DNA from: an uncultured delta proteobacterium
Lineage (GTDB): Bacteria; Desulfobacterota; Desulfobacteria; Desulfobacterales; QNYZ01
DNA: 64,000 nt
Assembly: GCA_963783425.1 (NCBI GenBank)
Contig: CAWANO010000010.1
Span: 613,472-677,471 of the forward strand
Direction of reading: 5' to 3'
Below are positions 17,516 to 29,851 of the stretch, piece after piece. Each line of letters starts with the position of its first letter. The stretch's first letter is position 1. Both the position numbers and the translations under genes were made by a program. A model generated the notes under the pieces. That model saw only the letters and a list, made by a program, of their open reading frames with translations, was not told the origin of the DNA and did not search any database.

Positions 17516-20500
17516 TTAAAAGAGCTGTTGCTGGCGGTAACGTCGCTTTTTACGGGGAGCGCGGGCCGTTTCACGGGCCATGAGGCGCGCCTCGACCAGA
17601 TCCAAAAAAGGTGACCGGCGGCAGGTGACGCGCTGACCGAAACGGTGCCGCTGCTGGGCCCAACTCAAATAGAGCTCACTTTGAGCTCGGGTCATGGCGA
17701 CGTAAAACAGGCGCGCCTCCTCTGCCAGGTCCCGGTCCGACAACACCTCCCCCTGAGACCGATACGGTATCAGCCCATCCTCGCAACCGGCCACGATCAC
17801 CACTGCAAACTCCAGGCCCTTGGCGGCGTGCATGCTCATCAGGGTCACCTGTTGGGCGATTTCGCTATAGCGGTCGCTATCTTGGTAGAGACTGATGCGG
17901 GTGATAAAATCCCCCCAGGTCCGATCTTTTGCCAGATCAAAGATCAGCTCCCATTGGCGGGCCAGTTGCCGATCGGCCGCCAACCATTCGACGCGGCCCG
18001 TTTTCTTCAAAATCCAGCGCAGTTGAGTCTCGGACGAGCCGTCTGGAATACCGCTCTTAATATGGTCCAGCCATTGCGCCAGCCGCACCACAGCCGCCTG
18101 CTGGTTGCGGCTCATGCCGGAAATGGGCAGATGCCGAACCTCGTCCAACGCGCGCCATACGGGGATTTCACGCATGAGCCCCCATCGTTTCAGTCGCTTT
18201 ATTGCCAAATTTGAAGGCGGCCCTTCCATCAGCGCCACCGCCGACGCCAAGTCGCTGTAAACACCAGCGCCGTTGACCAACTTGGCCGCGGCCAAAAGAT
18301 CACCGATACCCGCTTGTTGAAACAGCGCCTCGCGTGCCGCCACGCAGAAGGGAATGCCGGCATCGCCCAGCGCTTGAGAGAGCAATTGAGACTGGAAGTG
18401 AGTCCGGAACAGCACGGCGAAGTCGCCATAGCTGTGTTGCGCGGTGGCGTTTTGGGTGATCCAACCCGTGTCGATATCGTGAAACCCGCGACCGCCAACG
18501 CGCTCTTCGATCAGGCGGGCGATGGCACGGGCTTCCTCGTGATCGGTTTTGGTTGCGAGGGTGCCGATCGTCGCGCGACCCTTGATTTCGGATAAAAGGG
18601 GCACCGCATGGGTGGCGAATCCCGCCAAATCGCTATCGGGTAGGCCGTGATGTATGCCAACACCATTTAACATCTGGCGGGCGGCCTTTAAAATGGCAGG
18701 CGTGCTGCGGTAATTGCGTTGCAATGCGACCACGGCCGCCGCCGGGTAATCACGCTTGAATCTCAGGAAAAAGCGCTGATCAGAACCGCGGAATCCATAA
18801 ATGGCCTGGTCCGGGTCGCCGATCACGCACAGTCCGCGCCCGTCGGCAGGTATCAGAGACCTGAGCAGACGATATTGACCTTCATTAAGATCCTGGTATT
18901 CATCGACGAATACGTATTTGAAACGTTGCTCCAGCCAGCGGCGGTAGCGGCTGTCATCTTCCAGCCGGCACACCACGCGCATGATCAAGTCTTCGAAATC
19001 CTGCACGCCTTGGAACTGCATGAGGCCGGTGTAGGACTCGTAGATATGGTTGGCGGTCGCCAGGTCGATGCCATCAATTCCGGCTAGGTCATCCGCCCGT
19101 ACCCGCTCTTCGATACGCTGCTTGGCACGCATGATGGCCCGGTCGGCCGCCTCGGTCCACAGGGCCAGTGGCTGACCGTCAGAGGCAACCATGTCGACGG
19201 CATCTCTGATCATCGCCTTGCGGTTTTCGGTGTCAAGCAACACCCGCTCGGAGCCCTCGCTCTCCGCCCGCAACAGTTGGTTGCAAAGCCCGTGGAAAGT
19301 GGCGATCACGGGCTGTTTGGACTTCTTTTCGGTCATGGCAGCCACGCGCTGCCGCATCTCACCGGCGGCCTTGTTGGTAAAGGTGAGTGCCAGGATTTGA
19401 TCGGGCTCGACGCCCGTGTCGTTGATCAAACGGACCATTCGGGTGGTGATGGTGTGGGTTTTTCCGGTTCCAGGACCAGCGATTACGATCAGGGCGCTGT
19501 CGTCGTGTTCGACCACGGCTTTCTGATATGGGTTCAAACGCGGCGCTTTATGGGGTGGGTCCACTACAGGTTGCGGCGCGGGTTCGGAAGTGACGCGCGG
19601 CGCTGGTGCATTATAAAGACCGCCTCGTGTTATTTTTTCCGCCTTGCTGGCGGTGTTTGGGTCCGGAGGCAGGGAGAGAAAAAGGCGTCGCTGTCCGGTC
19701 AATTCTTGGCGTTCAGCCGCTTCAAAAAGATGCACCGTTCCAAAACGCCCGTCGAATCCGGCATCAATGTGCACGGCGCCCGTCCGCATGCGCCGCACCG
19801 CTTCGGCCAAGAGCGGAATGCCCGCCCGGGCGATTTGACCCTCGCTCAACCTGGAAAGAATCGAAAACTCGTCACCTAGGCGGCTAATGGCCTGTTGATA
19901 GGCCCGGCCGACGGTTTTGGTGTTAACACCCACCCCGTAAATCTCGGCCAGTATCTCCATCAGGGGAACGATGCTCAGGTAGGGGTGGCGGGCGCCTTTT
20001 CGCGCTGATGAGTGTTGATCAGCCAAGGCTTCCACCCGGTTTAAAACACCCAGGGTAAGGGGTTTTTCACAGTGCGGGCAGATACCGCCGAGCCCCCTGG
20101 TCTGGCCAGGTGTCAGACACACCCCGCATTTACTATGGCCGTCGAGATGGTATTTGCCTTCCTGAGGGAAAAACTCGAAGGTGCCTTCGAACGATTTCAT
20201 ATCTCCACTTTTTAGGGCGTTGTAAATACCGTCAAAGGAGAGTTCGGTGTCGAAGCGGTTGGCCTCACGGCCGAGTTTGAGCGGGGAGTGGGCGTCCGAG
20301 TTGGAGACGAGTGTGTAACGATCCAGATTGGAAACCCGCCAGTTCATGGCTGGATCCGAAGAGAGCCCCGTTTCAAGTGCAAATATGTGGGGAGTCAGCT
20401 CTTCGAAGCAGGCCTCGACCGTGTCGAATCCCGATTTGGACCCCAACAGCGAAAACCACGGCGTCCAGACGTGGGCGGGGATAAACATACACCGCTCGTC

Positions 20501-20962
20501 CACCTCGAGCACCATCTCAAGCAGGTCACGGGCATCGAGGCCCAGAATCGGGCGCCCGTCGGAATGGATGTTACCGACGCGCTCGAGTCGCTGGTTGAGG
20601 CGCAGGGCGTCGTTCAGCTCGGCGAGCAGTATCAGGTTGTGATTTTTTCGGGTCCGTCCCGCCTTTTTATAGATGTTGCTGATTTCAGCCGTGAGCACAA
20701 AGCGCACCTGACCCGGGCAACTGGCGGGTATTTGTAACTCGCAGGCGGCTGCGCTTTTTCCGTTCAGACGGTAGAGGCCGGGCTCGGCTGGGACCAGTTT
20801 TTGTCGAATTTCATGGCACCAAACCGGGTGGGTAAAATCCCCCGTGCCAACCACGGTGATGCCTTTTATGCGCGCGGCGACGTAGAGGTTTTCCAAGTCG
20901 AGATTTTTAGCCGTTGCGATCGAATATTTGGAGTGTATGTGAAGATCGGCGATGAATTTCAT
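17516..20962 (-). CDS. EndoQ-like PHP-domain nuclease fused to a UvrD/PcrA-type superfamily-1 helicase
   Basis: The N-terminus reads 'FIADLHIHSKYS...VVGTGDFTHPVW', followed by the Zn-ribbon 'CGVCLTPGQTRGLGGICPHCEKPL' (EndoQ-like). From about residue 490 the helicase motifs appear: 'NPYQKAVV', 'VIAGPGTGKTHTI', 'VDEYQD', 'NYRS' and 'MSMHAAKGLEF'. Confidence 0.75.
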   Translation of the reverse strand: MKFIADLHIHSKYSIATAKNLDLENLYVAARIKGITVVGTGDFTHPVWCHEIRQKLVPAEPGLYRLNGKSAAACELQIPASCPGQVRFVLTAEISNIYKKAGRTRKNHNLILLAELNDALRLNQRLERVGNIHSDGRPILGLDARDLLEMVLEVDERCMFIPAHVWTPWFSLLGSKSGFDTVEACFEELTPHIFALETGLSSDPAMNWRVSNLDRYTLVSNSDAHSPLKLGREANRFDTELSFDGIYNALKSGDMKSFEGTFEFFPQEGKYHLDGHSKCGVCLTPGQTRGLGGICPHCEKPLTLGVLNRVEALADQHSSARKGARHPYLSIVPLMEILAEIYGVGVNTKTVGRAYQQAISRLGDEFSILSRLSEGQIARAGIPLLAEAVRRMRTGAVHIDAGFDGRFGTVHLFEAAERQELTGQRRLFLSLPPDPNTASKAEKITRGGLYNAPAPRVTSEPAPQPVVDPPHKAPRLNPYQKAVVEHDDSALIVIAGPGTGKTHTITTRMVRLINDTGVEPDQILALTFTNKAAGEMRQRVAAMTEKKSKQPVIATFHGLCNQLLRAESEGSERVLLDTENRKAMIRDAVDMVASDGQPLALWTEAADRAIMRAKQRIEERVRADDLAGIDGIDLATANHIYESYTGLMQFQGVQDFEDLIMRVVCRLEDDSRYRRWLEQRFKYVFVDEYQDLNEGQYRLLRSLIPADGRGLCVIGDPDQAIYGFRGSDQRFFLRFKRDYPAAAVVALQRNYRSTPAILKAARQMLNGVGIHHGLPDSDLAGFATHAVPLLSEIKGRATIGTLATKTDHEEARAIARLIEERVGGRGFHDIDTGWITQNATAQHSYGDFAVLFRTHFQSQLLSQALGDAGIPFCVAAREALFQQAGIGDLLAAAKLVNGAGVYSDLASAVALMEGPPSNLAIKRLKRWGLMREIPVWRALDEVRHLPISGMSRNQQAAVVRLAQWLDHIKSGIPDGSSETQLRWILKKTGRVEWLAADRQLARQWELIFDLAKDRTWGDFITRISLYQDSDRYSEIAQQVTLMSMHAAKGLEFAVVIVAGCEDGLIPYRSQGEVLSDRDLAEEARLFYVAMTRAQSELYLSWAQQRHRFGQRVTCRRSPFLDLVEARLMARETARAPRKKRRYRQQQLF

Positions 20963-21328
20963 GTGCTATTTTTCGGTCAAAAATCAGCGCCCCAACACCC
21001 CTTAAAGTGATTGATTTCGGCAAGCTTTGAAAAGGCCGCGAAGCGGGGATTGAAATCTGAGGTAAACAACTGATTTATATTCTTAATAGTGCTTGTTTCC
21101 ATGGAATAAATATGCTATATATATGGCGTTTTTAATATTAACCCCACAATATATTGGATAAACAGTCAAATTTTGTTCAGCTATTGAACACTGCTGGCCG
21201 ACAGGGTTGAAATACGTTCCAATCGAAGCTCAATCAAAACCTTGAAATGAGGCTGTTTCGAACAACGTTCGGCCAAAACCGCTCTCATTTTTCAATAACC
21301 ACTTACCGGTATAAAATTATAAAATCGC

Positions 21329-21943
21329 ATGGGTTTTTTATCAACCACAAGTTCGATAACGCGCTACTTCGTCAAGGGCGACCTGGAAAACCCTATTACC
21401 GAAACGGTGACCAAAGCCCTAAAGGCCAACACCATTCAGGAGATCGACCGCAATACCGCCCAGACCAGCACCGGCTGGACATCGTTTACAACCCCCTATG
21501 CGCCGGATTTCAATGGCAATCGTTTCGTTTTTGGATCCCTTTTTATCTTTTCTCTACGGATCGATAAAAAATCGATTTCGGCCAAGGTACTCAACAAACA
21601 CATTTCTCAAGAGATGGCCCAACAAACCACCGCCACCGGGGGCGGCTTTATTTCCACGTCGCGCAAAGAGGCCATCAAGGATAAGGTTACCGATCAACTG
21701 AGTTTGCGCACCCCGGCATCGCCCAATATTTTTGATCTGGTTTGGGATTATGAAGCCCACAGTGTATGGCTCATGACCACCCAAAAAGCCGCCAACGAAG
21801 CGCTGGAATCTTTGTTCTTCAAATCTTTCAAGGTGCCCTTGATCCGACTTTTCCCCTACACCTTGGTGGAACTGCTGGGTCACTTGGATGACGCCCAAAA
21901 GGATCGATTTGCCAATTTGGCGCCCACGAAGTTCAACTCTTAA
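21329..21943 (+). CDS. RdgC-like (recombination-associated) protein, short form
   Basis: By eye it is colinear with about the N-terminal two-thirds of E. coli RdgC. Shared landmarks are 'TGW', 'RIDKKSISAKVL', 'RKEAIKDKVTDQL' and 'VWLMTTQKAANEALESLF'. Confidence 0.5.
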   Translation: MGFLSTTSSITRYFVKGDLENPITETVTKALKANTIQEIDRNTAQTSTGWTSFTTPYAPDFNGNRFVFGSLFIFSLRIDKKSISAKVLNKHISQEMAQQTTATGGGFISTSRKEAIKDKVTDQLSLRTPASPNIFDLVWDYEAHSVWLMTTQKAANEALESLFFKSFKVPLIRLFPYTLVELLGHLDDAQKDRFANLAPTKFNS

Positions 21944-21974
21944 GGCTTTTCAAATAATTTAGAAAGCGAACCCT

Positions 21975-22523
21975 ATGCTCGATGTGAGCGTGGCCTATAA
22001 CCGATACCGCTTTGTCGGTAATGAGTTTCTCACCTGGCTGTGGTTTGTGGTGGCCACCAACAGCTACATCACCTTTTTGGACAGCGGTGCAGATGATGGA
22101 TCATCCCAACTCACGCCGACCATAGGTCTGGGTGATCGCATCGTACTCAAAAATCGCCACGATCAGGGTGAAGAGACCATCACCATTACCGGCAGCGGCG
22201 CAGACTGGGAAGAGGGTGCGGTGGCACTTAAAAAGGGAGCCCAAGTCAACGAACTGGCGTTGGTCTTCGAGCAAGATCAGCACACCTGGAAAGCCACCCT
22301 GAAAGGGGAGAGTCTGCATTTGACCAGCCTCAAAACCCCCCAAGGCGGTAAAATTTACGCACCCGAAGAAACCGATGCGGCCGTGCTCGAAAAATTTTAT
22401 TTGTACGATCAGATTGTACAGTGGATCAATCAACTCTTTGACGCCTTTGTAGACCTGAGAATTTCAGACCAGTGGGAGAGCGGGCAATTGCCGGAGGTGC
22501 GACGATGGATCCATGCCTCCTAA
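21975..22523 (+). CDS. hypothetical protein, possibly related to the RdgC C-terminal region
   Basis: It is a separate ORF 31 nt after the previous gene. 'GNEFLTWLW' and the later pattern loosely parallel the C-terminal third of RdgC. The similarity is weak. Confidence 0.35.
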   Translation: MLDVSVAYNRYRFVGNEFLTWLWFVVATNSYITFLDSGADDGSSQLTPTIGLGDRIVLKNRHDQGEETITITGSGADWEEGAVALKKGAQVNELALVFEQDQHTWKATLKGESLHLTSLKTPQGGKIYAPEETDAAVLEKFYLYDQIVQWINQLFDAFVDLRISDQWESGQLPEVRRWIHAS

Positions 22524-22804
22524 CGGCGGCCCGCATAGTGTAGATGGTTCGCGGCGGTTGAATCCACCCGTTACCAACAATATTGGTCTAAAAGTCCGGC
22601 GTTTATGAACAAGTTCTCAAATAATGTTTAAAAAATCGTTTTTTTTAACTTCATATGAACAATATTTTAAAATAATTTTAAAAAAACTCTTTAATAATTT
22701 CAATCAATTATTATATTTTAATCATTTTGACAGCCACCAATCATCATCTCTTAATAATTAAAATAAAAATATAGGTAAAGCTGAAAACAAACGCGAGGCG
22801 AACC

Positions 22805-23923
22805 ATGCAAATCACCATCAATCGGGATGACATTATTCAGGTTTTGGCCAATGTGCAGGGCTTAACCAACCGCAAAAGCAATCTGGCCATTACGGCCAAT
22901 GTGTTGATTCGGACCGACAGTGAAGGGGTCCGCATAACGGCCACCGATCTTGAGACCGGATTCGAAGGTTACTATCCCGCCGTGGTGGGTCGTGAAGGCG
23001 CCGTTACCATCAATGCCCGAAAACTGTTCGAGATCGTGCGCGATTTTCCTATTCAGGAGATCAAACTGGAGGAGATCAAAAACGGTTGGATTGAAATCGG
23101 CAGCGGCAAGGTGATGTATCACATTGTAAGCCTTAATCCGGATGAATTTCCTGACTCGCCCGAGATCGATGATGTCCGCTCTTTCGATATGGAAAGCGGC
23201 CATTTCAAAAAGATGATCGACAAAACCGTTGGGATTGTGGGTGAAAGTGACGACAAGCGCGCTCACATCATCGGTAACTGCCTGGAGAAGGTCAAAGAGG
23301 GCGGAAAAAATATCGTGCGCATGGTGGCCACTGATGGCGGGCGGTTGTCGAAAATGGATTGTGTATATGGTGACGGCGTCGATCTACCTCTGGACAACCC
23401 CGTGCTTATTCCCAAAAAAGGGCTGATGGAGGTTTCAAAATTTCTCAGGCGTGACGGCATCGTAAATCTCGGCCTCAAAGACAATAAATTTGTCGTCAAA
23501 CAGGAGCGCGAAACCTTGATCGTGCGACTGCTGGAAGGCGTCTTTCCCGATTATGCCAAAGTGGTTTGGAGAGATATTCAGAGCGATATCCTGGTGCCCA
23601 AGCAACCCCTTTTCATGATGGTCAAACGCATGTCGATCCTGGCCACAGAGACCTATCGCGCCGTAAAATTCCGGTTTGAAGATGACTGCCTGCATATCGA
23701 CTCAACCAACCCTGACATCGGCGACTCCAAGGAACACATGGAGATTGAATTTAAGCGTAAACCGTTGGAGATGGCCTTTAATCCACGGTTTTTTATCGAC
23801 GCGCTTAATGTCATCGATGAAGAAAATGTGATTTTGAACATCTCCAATGAATCCAGGCCTTGTCTGATCGAGGCCGAAAATGACAAATCCTATCTGGGCG
23901 CTATCATGCCCATGCACGTTTAA
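22805..23923 (+). CDS. dnaN: DNA polymerase III subunit beta (sliding clamp)
   Basis: It is 372 aa with the typical clamp pattern: 'LAITANVLI', 'ATDLE', 'MVATDGGRLS' and 'PDY..V'. It ends '...YLGAIMPMHV'. Confidence 0.95.
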   Translation: MQITINRDDIIQVLANVQGLTNRKSNLAITANVLIRTDSEGVRITATDLETGFEGYYPAVVGREGAVTINARKLFEIVRDFPIQEIKLEEIKNGWIEIGSGKVMYHIVSLNPDEFPDSPEIDDVRSFDMESGHFKKMIDKTVGIVGESDDKRAHIIGNCLEKVKEGGKNIVRMVATDGGRLSKMDCVYGDGVDLPLDNPVLIPKKGLMEVSKFLRRDGIVNLGLKDNKFVVKQERETLIVRLLEGVFPDYAKVVWRDIQSDILVPKQPLFMMVKRMSILATETYRAVKFRFEDDCLHIDSTNPDIGDSKEHMEIEFKRKPLEMAFNPRFFIDALNVIDEENVILNISNESRPCLIEAENDKSYLGAIMPMHV

Positions 23924-23940
23924 ACGGGAAAAATAGAGAT

Positions 23941-26383
<2,443 letters not shown>

Positions 26384-26531
26384 ACGTAAATGGTATAATC
26401 TTGTTTTGTCGTTTTATAAAGCGGGTTGATATTTCAGGTGCCCACCCATAAACAGTCGCGCATGCACAACGGCAAACCATCCATCCAGTTCACTACAATC
26501 CCGTCTCAACTGGTTCGTTTGGGAAAAGGCC

Positions 26532-27215
26532 ATGAACATCATTGAACCCCAGGTCGACATCCTGTTTGCGCCCGACGGCGACGCGATTCTAAAACACCTC
26601 GAACTGGCGGCCCGCACCTGCTATAAATCTGAAGAAAAGATCACCAAGGATTCCGCCACCGGCCTGATCCGGGCGCTGATCCGATCTGGGCACCACAGTG
26701 TTATCGAGCACAGCAGCCTGTCGGTGCGGATCACCTGCGACCGCGGCATCTCGCATGAGATTGTGCGGCACAGACTCTGTTCTTTCAGCCAGGAAAGCAC
26801 CCGTTACGCCAATTACGCCAAGCAGAAGTTCGGGCGCGAGATCACCGTTATTCGGCCCTTCTTCTGGCGGGAGCAGGATCCGAAATACCTTCTTTGGTTC
26901 AAGGCCATGCGTGCTGCGGAAGAGGCGTATCTGGCATTGATCGACGCCGGTGCCACGGCCCAGGAGGCACGCAGTGTTCTACCCAACAGCCTAAAAACCG
27001 AAATCGTGGTGACGGCCAATCTACGCGAATGGCGGCACATATTCGCCTTGCGTTGCGCCAAAGCCTCCCACCCCCAGATTCGACAGGTCATGTTGCCGCT
27101 GCTGGACACGTTCAATCAGAAAATTCCCGTGATCTATGACGATCTTGCTAAAAAATTCCGCGAAGATATCCAACGATTCGGTCAAAAAGCAGCCATTCAC
27201 ATCACCATCAGCTAA
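26532..27215 (+). CDS. thyX: FAD-dependent thymidylate synthase
   Basis: It has 'SGHHSVIEH' and the ThyX motif 'RHRLCSFSQESTRY'. Confidence 0.9.
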   Translation: MNIIEPQVDILFAPDGDAILKHLELAARTCYKSEEKITKDSATGLIRALIRSGHHSVIEHSSLSVRITCDRGISHEIVRHRLCSFSQESTRYANYAKQKFGREITVIRPFFWREQDPKYLLWFKAMRAAEEAYLALIDAGATAQEARSVLPNSLKTEIVVTANLREWRHIFALRCAKASHPQIRQVMLPLLDTFNQKIPVIYDDLAKKFREDIQRFGQKAAIHITIS

Positions 27216-27334
27216 CACGATTTTACTTGCCTTTCGAAAATTTCGGTTTTATGGTAATGTAATGGACGCTGTAACCATATAGACGTTAACATTTTCTGGA
27301 TTAGGTAGCTGCTACTGAGTGAAAGGAGAATAGC

Positions 27335-28336
27335 ATGAAAAAAGTTTTCTTTTGCCTTGCTGTGATCGGACTGGTGGTCGCTGTAACCACGAGCGCCATG
27401 GCGGCCACGACACTGCGCGAATTGGGTCGCAGCCCGTTTTACAAACCGCCGCTGACCTCCGTCGATGATTTGTACAAGATGGTGGATGAGAGCCAGGCCT
27501 CAATTCAAGAGGGCTTTGCCAAGGCCGGCATGGCCGGTCTTTTTCCGGTATTCACTGAGCAATTCCCCACCGCAGACATCGAAAGCATTCAGGTTGAGCC
27601 TGGCACAAAACTCGAGTGGATGCTCTTTCGCAAAAACGGTAAGGGTTCGGTGCGGGTGGCCAAGGATGTCACCTGGGCCGGAGAAGCGCCTTTTGAGGCC
27701 TATCGCTTCTACCTGGATTCGGCCGGCAAGCGCTACGAGATGGTGGTGCCGTTGATCTGCGCCAACCTGGCCCTGGCGAAAACGGGAGATATTCCTTCCC
27801 CACCACCCCCGCCACCACCGCCACCACCGCCACCCAAACCCGAGGCCAAGCCCCCAGTGACCCCACCACCCGTGGTGGAAGAGGTCGCTCCGGAAGCCAG
27901 ACGTTTGTGGCCGGTTGCCACTTTGGGTTTCATGCGTCTACACGACCCGGCCAACTTTCTGCCCATTCGCGCCGGTGTCGAGTACGCTTTGATGGACAAG
28001 CTTACCTTGCTGGGCCTGCTGGGATTTAACGTACACTTGGATGGCAACCATGGCGACGACGCCTTTTCCGCCGACTTGCTGTTGCACTACCATATCCCCT
28101 CGCGCTTTTTCATCGGTGGCGGACTTGGATATTGGTACATGGAAGACGACACGCTGCAGGCGGAATATCTGGACGGCAGCCATATCGATCTGATCCTGCA
28201 ATTAGGCGCGCGCGTCTTCGGCCAACCCGAGGACTTCAACATCTCCCTGTATGGTGAAGGGCGCGCTTATGCTGACGAACTCAGCGACATGGACATCAAC
28301 GGCCGCTGGAGCGTCGGGTTGCTGTTCCGATTCTAA
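27335..28336 (+). CDS. secreted outer-membrane-type protein with a poly-proline linker
   Basis: AAGGAG RBS lies upstream. The signal peptide is 'VVAVTTSAMA'. A run of 12 consecutive prolines follows. The C-terminal region has beta-strand periodicity and ends '...WSVGLLFRF', the aromatic terminal residue typical of beta-barrel OMPs. Confidence 0.6.
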   Translation: MKKVFFCLAVIGLVVAVTTSAMAATTLRELGRSPFYKPPLTSVDDLYKMVDESQASIQEGFAKAGMAGLFPVFTEQFPTADIESIQVEPGTKLEWMLFRKNGKGSVRVAKDVTWAGEAPFEAYRFYLDSAGKRYEMVVPLICANLALAKTGDIPSPPPPPPPPPPPPKPEAKPPVTPPPVVEEVAPEARRLWPVATLGFMRLHDPANFLPIRAGVEYALMDKLTLLGLLGFNVHLDGNHGDDAFSADLLLHYHIPSRFFIGGGLGYWYMEDDTLQAEYLDGSHIDLILQLGARVFGQPEDFNISLYGEGRAYADELSDMDINGRWSVGLLFRF

Positions 28337-28378
28337 GGTAACAGCCAGCGTCTCAGCGTAAACAAGCCTAAAACAAAA

Positions 28379-28411
28379 GCCCCCTTTCCCTAAGGAGAGG
28401 GGGCTTTTGTT
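28379..28411. terminator. bidirectional Rho-independent terminator between convergent genes
   Basis: GCCCCCTT (10-nt loop) GAGGGGGC is followed by TTTTGTT. An A-rich tract lies on the other side. Confidence 0.7.
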
Positions 28412-28474
28412 ATGGTTCATCACCCCCGTGGGGGCGCCAAGCATGGCTTTCCCAAAATTCATGCCATTTCGGGG

Positions 28475-29851
28475 CTAAAACTCGATACTGCCCGGCGTGC
28501 GCGGAAAGGGGATGACATCGCGAATATTGACGATACCGGTCACCAGCATCACCAGCCGCTCGAAGCCCAACCCGAAACCGCTGTGGGGCACGCTGCCGTA
28601 GCGGCGCGACTCCAGATACCACCAGTAGGGCTCCTTGGGCAGATCCAACTCGGCCATGCGCGTTTCGAGCATAGTTAGGCGCTCCTCGCGCTGGCTACCA
28701 CCGATGAGTTCGCCCACCTCCGGCACCAGCACATCCATGGCCGCCACGGTGCGGTTGTCGTCATTGAGGCGCATATAAAAGGGCTTGATAGTCTTGGGAT
28801 AATCATGGACGATGACGGGGCGTTTGAAATGGTGTTCGGTCAGGTATTTTTCGTGTTCGCTCTGCAGGTCGTTGCCCCAAGCGGCCGGGTAGGCGAATTT
28901 ATGTTTGGCGCGCTCCAAAATATCCACCGCTTCGCTGTAGGGCAGGCGTACAAAATCGTTGTCGATGATATTGTCCAAACGCTGTTGTAAGCTTCTATCG
29001 ACAAAACGGGCGAACAGCTCGATATCCTCAGCGCAGTGGCGCAGGGCGTAATCGGCCAGATAGCGCACTATCTTCTCGCCCAGATCCATGTTCCCGGCGG
29101 CATCGCAGAAGGCCATTTCCGGTTCAACCATCCAGAATTCGGCCGCATGGCGGCGTGTATTGGAATTTTCTGCTCGAAAGGTCGGACCGAAGGTGTAGAC
29201 GTCGCCCAGGCTGAGCGCGAACATCTCCGCTTCCAGCTGTCCAGAGACGGTCAGATTGGCCTCCTGGCCAAAAAAGTCGGCTGAAAAATCGGCCCAGGCG
29301 CCATCTTTGGGCGAGAGGTTGCTGACCCGGAACATCTCTCCGGCACCCTCGCAGTCCGATCCGGTGATGATTGGCGTGTGGATGTAGCGAAAGCCATGCT
29401 CGTGGAAAAAATGGTGGATGGCATAGCACAGTTCCGAGCGGATGCGAAAAACCGCCCCGTATTTGTTGGTGCGTGGCCGCAGATGGGCGATGGTGCGCAG
29501 GTACTCATCGCTGTGGCGTTTTTTCTGCAAGGGATACTCGGCCGGCGCCGATCCGATCAATACCACCTTGTCGGCTTTGACCTCCCATAACTGTCCTTTG
29601 CCAGGCGAAGCCACCAGGGCGCCCTGCACCGAAACGGCCGCGCCCGTACCGATATTTTTCATTTCGGCATAGGTGGGAAGATCACCGTCCACCACCACTT
29701 GAATGTTTTTCAAACAGGAACCGTCGTTGATCTCGAGAAAAGAGAAGCCCTTGGCATCTCGCCGCGTGCGTATCCAACCTTTTAGCAAGATCTTATCCCT
29801 CGCCGCCGGCGCATTGAGTAACTGATTGATTTTACTTGTTTCGATAGTCAT
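28475..29851 (-). CDS. asnS: asparagine--tRNA ligase
   Basis: It is a class IIb aaRS with an OB fold ('GWIRTRRDAKGFSFLEINDGS'). AsnRS-type motifs are 'FRVS', 'TFGPTFRAENS', 'GGSQRE' and 'GFGLGFERL'. Confidence 0.9.
   Translation of the reverse strand: MTIETSKINQLLNAPAARDKILLKGWIRTRRDAKGFSFLEINDGSCLKNIQVVVDGDLPTYAEMKNIGTGAAVSVQGALVASPGKGQLWEVKADKVVLIGSAPAEYPLQKKRHSDEYLRTIAHLRPRTNKYGAVFRIRSELCYAIHHFFHEHGFRYIHTPIITGSDCEGAGEMFRVSNLSPKDGAWADFSADFFGQEANLTVSGQLEAEMFALSLGDVYTFGPTFRAENSNTRRHAAEFWMVEPEMAFCDAAGNMDLGEKIVRYLADYALRHCAEDIELFARFVDRSLQQRLDNIIDNDFVRLPYSEAVDILERAKHKFAYPAAWGNDLQSEHEKYLTEHHFKRPVIVHDYPKTIKPFYMRLNDDNRTVAAMDVLVPEVGELIGGSQREERLTMLETRMAELDLPKEPYWWYLESRRYGSVPHSGFGLGFERLVMLVTGIVNIRDVIPFPRTPGSIEF

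Noticed and set aside
21941-21977. The RdgC-like pair as one gene broken by another 1-nt insertion
   Set aside because: ORF1 terminates at 21941-21943. The downstream gene's frame has a TAG at 21960-21962 before its ATG at 21975. No single indel can fuse them, so I treat them as two genes.
22524-22804. Calling the AT-rich tract upstream of dnaN an oriC
   Set aside because: I found no consensus DnaA boxes (TTATCCACA); the best local matches are 6-7 of 9. It is kept only as a low-confidence hypothesis in the findings.
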